Source: Antedon mediterranea (lineage: Eukaryota; Animalia; Echinodermata). From it: DNA of 64,000 bases. The stretch spans positions 22,503,648 through 22,567,647 of the forward strand of contig NC_092673.1 in NCBI RefSeq assembly GCF_964355755.1. Direction: 5' to 3'. Of this stretch, positions 54,401 through 64,000 are shown one piece after another (position 1 is the first letter of the stretch; every line of letters begins with the position of its first letter). The notes below the pieces were generated by a model. It did not search any database. It saw only the letters and a list, made by a program, of their open reading frames with translations, and was not told the DNA's origin. Both the position numbers and the translations under genes were made by a program.

Positions 54401-57400
54401 TCGCCATAATATGATCATAACAGCGTCCTCTATAGATCGATGCCCTATGAGGCCTCCGTACTTTCATCGGCAGGCCTAGCGATGATTTTCGCGCAGGCCT
54501 AGCGATGATTTTCACGAAGCTAAGCTGGCGATGGATTTCTGAAGGGTGCTCAATTATTAATTGATTAAAAATAATTATAAATAAGAAATTATCGATATTT
54601 TACCATTTTATGCTTGCTGAATGCTGTAGACAACTCGTGAGTAGGCTAGATGAAGTATTGAAATCATTTTGAGTAATTTTAAGGGGTGGGTACGAAACTG
54701 CATTAGCGCCGTACTTTCTTTGCATAAAAAAAATTATCATTTCTGTGAATATAATCTAAACAACTTTTTTACTAGGAGGGATATGACTATGTTCCAACAT
54801 TTACAGAGAGACAAGCAGATAACATTATAACATGGGTAAGAGATTAAGAAAGTAAATTTCATATTTAATCCTCAATACATTACCATATTACTGTACGAAT
54901 GAATTGAAACAACAACTGAAAAAAAACCAATACATACAATTGTGTTCATCATTTTCTACATTTTTACTACAATTTGACATATCAACAGCCATTGTCCAAT
55001 GTGCATCATACCTTATGAATACACCTGTTTTTCAAAATGTGACTTACCTTCAGGTGACCATGACATCCATTTTGATGCACTGTGGCCATGTTGTTTATGA
55101 TATGGTGAGTGGTAAAGTGACGAACATTGACCCACCACATTGTTCATTGACGTGACGTACCATCTAGATTTTTGACATACAATTGACAAGTGCATTATAT
55201 ACTATAGTGCCTCAAAGCTCCTAAAGCTTCACATTATTATTACCCCGGTCTTTGGATGAAACACATATGGACAGCTCCCATGATTATGTGGCTAGTACAG
55301 TAATAAGAGGAAAGCATTGACCCCTCCCAATACCCATCAAATTAATACTGCACTTAAAATATTTTTTTTTTTAGATGAAAGTTTGTTGGTCTGTCATGAA
55401 GTACACCTCTCCATTTTCACTTACATATTTATATAGAAATGGTAATAGATTTTCTTTATTAAATGTTAAATGTTCTTTCAAAAATGTATTCACTTATGTA
55501 GAAAAAAAAAAATCATTTTAATTATAAAAAGACAAACGATTAATTTTAACCAAAAACTCATTGTCTGACAGACAAGTATTTTTTGCTTTAATATTAACAA
55601 TTACATTTTTTTGCAGGTAAATCTTTTTTTTTTTATCCAGTTTTTGGTCAAAGTGAATAACTATTTATGTGACATTAAAATGAAATATTAAAACAAAAAT
55701 AATGTTTAGGGGAACAATATATCTTTAAAATAAAATTAGAAAATATTTAAAATGCTCTGTCAGCCAGATCAAGGTATATCACAATATAAAAGAAGGAAAA
55801 ATGTATTTATATTTTTATATATTTTATATTTTATGTATTTTTATATTACATAGCCTATGTAAATACGCTAACGTGATTGGTTGAAACTGCATCACATGAC
55901 TATGTCATTAAACATATAGATTCTCGAGTACGATGATATTGCCTGTGTAATTTTCGTGTGCCAACACTCGCGTTGCCGATAAATAAACAAAAGTAATCTA
56001 CTCGATCTTGAACTCGGGTGGAATTGTCACTCCATCGGAAGACAACGCTTCAACCGCTGCGCCACTGAACTTGCTCGACGAAATTAATCTTCTAAACTAT
56101 TTAAGCTATGCATACATAGCGCCCTCATTTGTTATTAGTCCATCCTAAATGTGATGAAACACCGTTTGTGATTGGTCAATACTCACGGTGTAGTAACCTA
56201 GTAACTAGTACGCGCTGAACATCCGGTGATTCAGCTCCTCGAAGAGAAGTTAAGAAGACGAATTATTTATTCGGCCTACCTGATTATAATATTATTATTA
56301 ATAGGCTTATTGATGGAAATTCTTCTGTTAATTTAAACGACCTAGGCCTAAGTGAATATTTTATTGCCAAGGAATCATTAATTAGTAATTATCTGTATAT
56401 TATTCTTCGCAAGGTAAGGTGTCTAGTTAGGCTTGTTTAAATACAATACAAAGGAGGCCTAGCCTAGCTTCACCCAACCCAGCAGACTTGTTCTTGGCTA
56501 TATAATATAACAGATATTGCCTTTTATATCGGTTAAATATAAGATTTGACATCCCCTCGGGAATGATATTAAGTTCTCGGGGAATATATATTTCCCTCAG
56601 CTGGCGCTTCGGGAAATATATATTCCCTGGAACTTAATATCATTCCCTCGGGGATGTCAAATCTTATATTTAACCTCTAAGCAGTCAATATCTGTATAAT
56701 ATTTCTTATCCTTTCTTTTCTAGGATACTTCACAATAGCTGGATTGATCAGCTGTGGACACTGTACTGGAATTGCCTTGGTTATTTTAATGGGATCGATA
56801 ATTATGAGAGGTAAATTTGAACAAACTTTCAGGATTTTTTCAGTTTTGTTGTTAATAACAACACAACTGATAAAAACAAAAACCTGAAGGTAGATTGTCT
56901 AGTCCGGTTTGTCTTCCTTCTATAGACAATGTCAAATGCTGCTATACCATTATCATTTATTAGAAATTTTTAATAAATTATCTATATTATGCATTCTTGA
57001 TACAACGCAAAATGTTAAAATGTATCCAAAATTAATTACATTTGTTTCTTACTGACCTCATACCGTATTCGTAAAAAATGAATACACTTTTTGATATGAA
57101 GCAGGGATCAGTTCAAAAGTTTAAAAAATGTAATACAGCCATCTGTTACAAAACCAGACTTTTCTGGAAATACCCAAATCCTTTTTTTTATCATTAAAAG
57201 ACATTCTGAATACCAAGCAAAAACCAGATATATTAGGCCTGCCCAAACGTGCCTGGTATTGGGATAGCTGACTGTACATAACCTTTTCAATGTTCATAAG
57301 ATTGAAAAGTCTCCCTATTAATACTTGTTTTCCGAAATGGTGAATAAAGTAAATCATCATCAAACTATTACAGGTAGTGGAGACTTCAATGATATTTACT

Positions 57401-60400
57401 ATTATTGTTACTGTCATCATGAGATAACATATTCTAATACATTCATTAAAGATGTATTGACCCTTTGTCAAATTCCAAAAAAATAAAAATAAAAAGATTT
57501 CGAAAAAAAGTGGGTCATTTTGAAGTATTATAATAGTTATTAACATTCACCAAAAAATAGTCGAAAAAAAAATCATTTAACTGAAATACAGACGTTTTTT
57601 GGTTCAAAAAATAACTTTGACTTCCAGTCAAAGTTTTTGATCAAAACATATCTCATAATGCAATGCGCATATTTGGCTACTCTGTATGCATAATCATAAA
57701 ACTTCCACGCGATCTGTGTGAAAACACATTCTCAACCGTGACAAGTTGTAAACAATCCTAATTAGCATCATGCATAATGTATACTCATGGTTTGAAATCT
57801 TTGTTTACTTTGTTTTCCAGACGAAATGTAATCAAATTAATGTATCTATTAATTACGTAAAATTGTTGTTTTTGTCTCGAATATTCGACTTAAAGTGAAT
57901 AACTTTAATATTACTTTGATATGGCCAATTAAAATTTAGTATATTTTGACCTTCATTTTTTTGTGTTTCAAGGGACAATACATCTTTAACATTTTCTTAT
58001 CTATTGTGCAGGTATTGGACGATCGATGAATCCAGACTATACAAACTTTCTTAAGTTTTTGCACACTGCTAGAAACAGTGATTTGTATGAAGTAAGGGTA
58101 TGTATGCAATTGTTCATTTTAAGTTTAAGGTCATTATGTATCAAAGTAACATTTTTACTTGTAAATCACTTTGTTTTATTGGTCACAGTTTCAGTATAAA
58201 GTCCTCTCTACACTATCATATTTTATGTGACAAAAAAGCAATGTGCCCCTATATATCATATCACTACTATATATTTGGGCATATCACTACCATATTTGGG
58301 CACATCACACTTTTTTCTGTCAAACTAGTTTGATAGTGAAGGCATAGCTTTAAACCTGAATCTATTTGTGTATCTTTACAGCATAGGTTGCAATATTTTG
58401 ATAGTGTAGACAGAGCTTTAAACCTGAATCTATTTGTGTATCTTTACAGCATAGGTTGCAATATTTTGATAGTGTAGACAGAGCTTTAAACCTGAATCTA
58501 TTTGTGTATCTTTACAGCATAGGTTGCAATATTTTGATAGTGTAGACAGAGCTTTAAACCTGAATCTATTTGTGTATCTTTACAGCATAGGTTGCAATAT
58601 TTTGATAGTGTAGACATAGCTTTAAACCTGAATCTATTTGTGTATCTTTACAGCATAGGTTGCAATATTTTGATAGTGTAGACAGAGCTTTAAACCTGAA
58701 TCTATTTGTGTATCTTTACAGCATAGGTTGCAATATTTTGATAGTGTAGACAGAGCTTTAAACCTGAATCTATTTGTGTATCTTTACAGCATAGGTTGCA
58801 ATATTTTGATTATGAGTTTACTCATTGGCAGGAAGACTTTGTTGCCAATACAGATAAACCGTGAGTACTGTATATAATACCAAATATGGACATAATGATA
58901 AATATGGACATTTTATTATCAAATATGACTCATTGTGATCATATATGGGCATATAATCACAACATATGGAAACATAATGATAAAATATTGGCATATTAAA
59001 ATGAAATGACACAATATGGGCACATAATGAACAAGTATGGATATATTATGATCATATATGGGCAATAATGACAAAATATAGCACGCATATCTTGGCCACA
59101 TAAAAGTCTATAATCTGAATCAACAATATCACTTTTTTGTTCTTAGATAAAATAATATGTTTAGTTTGTTTATGCTTTTTAACTAAAATGTTATTAATTT
59201 TTTTATGATACTTATAATTTTTGCTAAACTTTTTTTGTAGGCCTTTGCGAGTGAGTCTACGCACAGCAAATAAACCCAAAACTTTACTAAGTAGAATAGT
59301 ACAATTTCCATGTGATGTAATAAGTTACTGTCTCATCAACACGTTTGGAAGGTGGCTTGTCTACCCAGGTCACACAGCACTACTTAACGCAGCTGTTGGT
59401 TAGTATCATATCCTGATGACAACCCTCTTAGGACAACCCCAAGAGAACAGGCAGCCTAAGATTACTGTTAGAAAACTACCTCTAAGGAGATTATGTGGGT
59501 AGTTACTTTGTTTGGTAGTTGCCTTGTCTATTTCATGCCTAGCTTACCTGGATAAACGACAATAGCCCGGTGGTTCGTTCCCACACAAGGGCATGGTTGC
59601 ATTATGGTACAGGGGTGTTCTAGGAACTTTCTACTTTCGTATCTAAGCCCTCCCTCTGGAGAGCATGGGCTATTGTCTGTTTATCCAGGTAAGCTAGCAC
59701 TCATAGACTATTAACACCACTATTGGTTGGTGTAGTTGCCCTGTTGGGTAGTTGCCCTGTTTTGTAGCTGCCCTTTTGGGTAGTTGCCTGTTTGGTTAGC
59801 TGCCCTGTTTGGTAGCTGCCCTGTTTGATAGTTGCCCTGTTTGGTAGCTGCCATGTTTTGGTAGTTGCCCTGTTAGGTAATGTAGTTGCCCGGTTTTGGT
59901 AGTTGCCCTGTTTGGCAGTTGCCCTGTTTGGTAGTTGCCCTGTTTGGTAGTTGCTCTTTTTGGTAGTTGCTCTTTTTGGTAGTGCCTTTTTGTTTGTGTC
60001 TTTCGATAAAAAATTCCTTTTTTTTAGTACACAAGAGGTGATTTCCCAATTCTGAGTGATTAGCGATTTTTATAAATACTGGTGGTATGTAATGAGTGAA
60101 TACATACATACATTATATTGACAATGCTAAAGCTAGCTAATCATTCTGTGCCATTTTAGGACCATCACTTCTAGAGGGAAGGAAGAAGCTATTGGAGAAA
60201 GACAATGGCATTCGAGCCAAGCTGATAACAAGAGATAATAATCAGATTGACACCATGTTTATAGATGCACGAGGAGTGGCACATTCAAATGGGGATAAAT
60301 TGGTAAGATTGTTTAGGATGGACACATTTTTTTAAATTTTTTTAATTTTTATTTTATATATTTAGGCAAATTGCCAAGGATAACCATAAGCAAATTCAAT

Positions 60401-63400
60401 CACTATCCTTCTTAAAGGTGGCAATCCGTTCACGAGACAAACATACACACAATGCTCTACATAAACAAAGTCTTTATTACAAGTCTTTGGGAGTGGAGTT
60501 GTAAATTGTCATTAGAAAAAATCCTGACATATGACAGGACTTGAACCCAGGACCCTTGGATTGGCAGCCAAGCATCATAACCACCAGGCCACAACTCCAC
60601 TCCAATCCATCCTTCTCCTAAAAGGAAATCTGTATTATATAGAATGTTAATTCTTATTTATTTAAATTCTTGTTTTAATAATATACTGGACATGCAAGGA
60701 TGTAATATTATTACTATGCTTGTATGGGCGTTATATTAAGGCCCTCCTCAAAGCCTAATTTCAACACATCACCCAGGCCACTCATGATACTGTTGTTCCC
60801 ACCAACCCTTAACTTCCTTGCTCCCATTATCTACACTTCTATAATGTCTCCGGATTTGATTTGATCTTGATTTTGATCAATCTCACTACCACTGCAGACT
60901 TATTTATTTTTAAATACAAAATGGGAATTTGATTAGGAATATGATGTTAGTTTGATTTCAAGTTTACATAAATAAACTTTTTTTTTATACCAGGTTATAT
61001 GTTGTGAAGGCAATGCAGGCTATTATGAAGTGGGATGCATGCCTGCACCTTTAGAATGTAAGCAACTTCTTAACAATACTTTTTTTTAAAGATAGTATTA
61101 CTTAAAGTAATATGGTCTTCAGCTGCTTGTCTGCAAATTCTACTTAGTATTTTAGTAATTAGTAGGGACTATGTAGATGCACAAACGAATGGAATTTCTC
61201 TTATGGATTTATTAAATAAAGAAGTGAAATTATATTTGTGAGCATTATATTTTAAAACATTGAAAATATAGGAAATCAATATTGCTGAATAGTTTGCAGT
61301 ACACCATGTATATAGTTCTAAAAGAACTGTTAATATTGTTCGACGATTTAATCCATATACTTTGATCGTCCCCAAAAGTGAGAATGAAACAGTTTGTTTC
61401 CAATAAAATTTCAATTTTAAAATCATACTCAATAATTGTTATTTTACTAAATCATTTAACAACATTTATTTTTAGCAAAGTATTCAATTTTGGGTTGGAA
61501 CCATCCAGGCTTTGGAGGCAGTACAGTAAGAATATTTGTTTTATATTTGATATTCAGAAATAATGTGAGCACACATCCATGACTTCTCAACATTATTGAG
61601 CAAGTTTGTGACCAAAAAGTTTATGGCAGAAGTGCTATAAACCATGTCTGCTTCATTAACAAGGGTTTAGGGCCAATTCACTCTATGGTTGTTGTGGTAA
61701 AACAATTCTTCTCAGGGCTGTAGCTCCAGTGTACTATATTTGTGTGTATGTCCAGCATAGTGTCAAGTAAAGTAAATGCAATCTGATCCTGATCCTATTT
61801 TATGTAGTTATGCATTTGTGGCCAAGGATTACAAATAGTAAATTAATCACTGTCCTATCATTAAAAATCATCATTTTAAATATCAACTGCTACAATTCTG
61901 TTGATACACGGAGAAATCTCAATGGTTGAACTGTGTGTTTGATGTAGGAGGATATACTAAAGAAAAGAAATATAGATATGTAGCACCCTCTAGTGTTTGA
62001 GGGGTAATAGGTAATAGGAACCATTATTTTTCCAGCAATGAATGTACTAATAAATATCAGACAGGGCATAAAATGTATTTTAACAATTTTAAAATTGTAT
62101 TAATTCTTTTTAATTTGATTACTAAACCCCTAACTATTATCATTTCTTCCATGCCATGTTTCCGTTTCTTTCAGGGTTATCCGTTTCCAGAAAATGAGGC
62201 AAATGCCATAGAGGTAGTGATGCAGTATGCAACTACAGAGCTAGGATTTCATATATCAGATATCATTGTGTACGCTTGGTCTATTGGAGGCTATACAGCT
62301 TCAATAGCTGCTATGAACTATCCTAAAATACATGCATTAGTAAGTTGGTTGGTACAGTAGTACTTTTGTTGAAAATATTTAATTATTTTAGGTCAAGAGG
62401 CCAATATCAATATCTCAGGCTAAACATTGTTGTTTGGCTGGAGCAATATTTTAAAAGAGTGCATACACCCTGAACAATGTATTTTAGTTTTGTTAACAAA
62501 ACCTTCAATCCTTGCATGTACAGCACTGTCATTCACCACTTTGACTACTTGTTGCATGGTTTCTTAAGCTCGGTCTACACTATCAAAAAAGTGTGATATG
62601 CCCAAATATGGTAGTGATATGCCCAAATATGGTACTGATATGAAATCATCGTGTCCATATATGGGCACATCACATTTTATTGTTGCATAAACTTTGATAG
62701 TGTAGACAGAGATTGAGAAATTTTATATCTATATGATTGTTTTAAAAGAATTATTGTATATAATGTATTCAAATATGATTTATATTTTTAGATTTTGGAT
62801 GCTACATTCGATGACCTTGTTCCGCTGGCTACAGCCAAAATGCCACAATTTGCACGTAAGTATACTCCTTTTTATATTGCCTAGGAAAACATAGATAGTC
62901 GGTTTACGCAACTGACATCCCTTTCGATTGTACGATTCACTAGAGGGCAGTCTTTTATATTAAACATTGCTTTCGTAAGTCTTAATACAAAAAACACATA
63001 ACATAATGATGTGGGGGATATTTTCACGGTTAGGGATTGATCATTTTAGGAATATGGTTGTTTTTTTAATTTTGTTTTAATTTCTCAGGGCAAAAATTGG
63101 AACTATATAGTTGCTATATATTTTGTTATGTTGTATTTTGCTGTTGTATTTTGTTTCTACAGGTGGCATAATCATTAGAACACTAAGGAATTACATGAAC
63201 CTTCAAATCTCTGATAATGTATGCAGGTAAAACATTTTCATAAATCTACATAGTGTGTGCACTATTACTGTACTACAGTACTGATAATAATAAATTTCAG
63301 TAGTGCGATATATTTGACTGTTAATTAAATAAATCTGCAGTTTGAACAATAAACCTACAAAAGACTAACCTGGGATTTTTCATATAGTGTGCATACCATT

Positions 63401-63743
63401 AAATTTCTGTAAACCTATTGTATGGAAAATAAATGAATTTATAATAATAAATTACACAGACAAAATCTAAAAACAGATTAACCTATTAAAATAAGGTTAA
63501 TTTTAAATGTTTTGTTTATTTTATATTTCGTTCCTAAATTGAATGCAATTATTAGTAGTTTTGTATCTCGATTTGGACGAATGATTTTAATCAAACAAGT
63601 TTATTTGTACTATTTTTTGTGCTTTTATTATAAAGTTTTATACTTAAGATCTGTCTATTTACATTGATAATAATTGTCTTTTTAAGGTATCCAGGTCCAA
63701 TCAAACTAATTAGGAGAACTCAGGATGAAGTGATTACAACAAG
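51472..63743 (+). CDS. ABHD16A: Phosphatidylserine lipase ABHD16A (BAT5), 3' partial; continues beyond window
   Basis: Exons 51472-51543 (MASLRGCIFGPKLYRIH), 54776-54835, 55375-55441, 56724-56810, 58012-58097, 58790-58860, 59241-59398, 60160-60302, 60994-61057 (VICCEGNAGYYEVG), 61476-61525 (LGWNHPGFGGST), 62175-62339 (nucleophile motif AWSIGG), 62792-62855 (LDATFDDLVPLA), 63163-63226, 63687-63743 (YPGPIKLIRRTQDEVI); phases consistent. Confidence 0.95.
51818..54710. mobile_element. Non-autonomous DNA transposon with ~280-bp TIRs and 8-bp TSD (Merlin-like by GG termini/TSD length; tentative)
   Basis: GTACTTTC at 51810-51817 and 54711-54718; termini GGCGCTAATGCAGTTTCGTACCCACCCCTTAAAATTACTCAAAAT and its reverse complement; an internal segment (~52190-52320) recurs inverted at ~29852-29990. 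Confidence 0.85.
55998..56070 (-). mobile_element. Degenerate tRNA-derived (SINE head-like) segment
   Basis: Minus strand gtggcgcagcggttgaagcg ... gagttcaagatcg: A box and B box, but no intact cloverleaf. Confidence 0.45.
56510..56695. repeat. ~185-bp near-perfect palindrome (hairpin)
   Basis: Stacked perfect stems: 56510-56519/56686-56695, 56531-56556/56650-56675 (26 bp), 18-bp and 17-bp inner stems, ~14-nt loop. Confidence 0.85.
57450..57985. mobile_element. Kolobok-like non-autonomous element, copy 2
   Basis: TTAA TSD on both sides, AG...CT termini, ~15-bp TIR; same internal sequence as 42746-43292. Confidence 0.8.
58330..58810 (+). repeat. 68-bp tandem repeat (7 units) spanning the ABHD16A exon 6 acceptor
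   Basis: Unit agtgtagacagagctttaaacctgaatctatttgtgtatctttacag|cataggttgcaatattttgat; acceptor AG ends at 58381, 58449, 58517, 58585, 58653, 58721, 58789. Confidence 0.95.
59526..59710. mobile_element. Small TIR element (MITE family C)
   Basis: ~40-bp inverted ends gtctatttcatgcctagcttacctggataaacgacaatagccc / gggctattgtctgtttatccaggtaagctagc...atagac; right halves recur at ~23520-23630 and ~32320-32450. Confidence 0.65.
59730..59990. repeat. ~16-17-bp minisatellite
   Basis: gtagttgccctgtttg repeated >10 times. Confidence 0.85.
60370..60605 (-). mobile_element. Repeat with tRNA-like core bracketed by GGAGTGGAGTTGT inverted repeats
   Basis: Minus-strand A/B-box-like segments (gtggcctggtggtta; gggttcaagtcc); relatives at ~22580-22675 and (inverted, flank part) ~30865-30990. 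Confidence 0.55.
62567..62712. mobile_element. Harbinger-like MITE family A copy
   Basis: agctcggtctacactatcaaa ... tttgatagtgtagacagag with internal atatgggcacatcac motifs. Confidence 0.7.
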
Positions 63744-63794
63744 GTATGTCCTGCCATTTGAATAAAAAGTTACATGAGAAAAAATTAAATGTAA

Positions 63795-64000
63795 AGATGT
63801 ATTGTCCTGGCCCCCAAAAACATGAATAATGAAGATTAATTAAATCCGACTTTGAATGGGTTATTTTGTAGTTAAAAGTTAATCACTTTCGTGGGAAAAA
63901 AAATGAAAAAAAAAATGTTTTAACTAATAAAATGACAAAATAAATGGGTAAATTCAACCAAAAACCCACTGGCTGGTAGCCAATTTGACTATTTTTTTGC
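63795..64000. mobile_element. Start of a related Kolobok-like element (truncated by window end)
   Basis: Begins AGATGTATTGTCC like the two copies above. Confidence 0.5.

Noticed and set aside
55998-56070. Possible tRNA gene
   Set aside because: A/B boxes present but acceptor and anticodon stems do not pair; treated as SINE-like.
58330-58810. CRISPR-like regular array
   Set aside because: Units are contiguous and nearly identical with no unique spacers; eukaryotic intron context.

Overview
AT-rich eukaryotic (invertebrate animal, plausibly echinoderm/deuterostome; inference) genomic DNA with five spliced protein-coding genes that I reconstructed by hand exon by exon: the 5' part of a RABGAP1/RABGAP1L orthologue (-, PTB domain), a complete 7-coding-exon alpha-2,8-sialyltransferase (ST8Sia-like, +), a complete ~1014 aa KIAA1614-like protein with a C-terminal Par6-type PDZ domain (-), a complete QTRT2 (-, containing a U12-type intron) and most of ABHD16A (+), the last two sharing a ~200 bp bidirectional promoter. 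Introns carry many non-autonomous DNA transposons (three 2-3 kb long-TIR elements, each in a first intron; piggyBac-, Kolobok- and Harbinger-like MITEs), tRNA-derived SINEs and satellites. Most unusual: dense AGGCCTAG/CTAG islands just downstream of first exons, a 68-bp array that creates seven near-identical tandem splice acceptors in ABHD16A, and a duplicated last-exon acceptor in QTRT2. No prokaryote-type systems are present.
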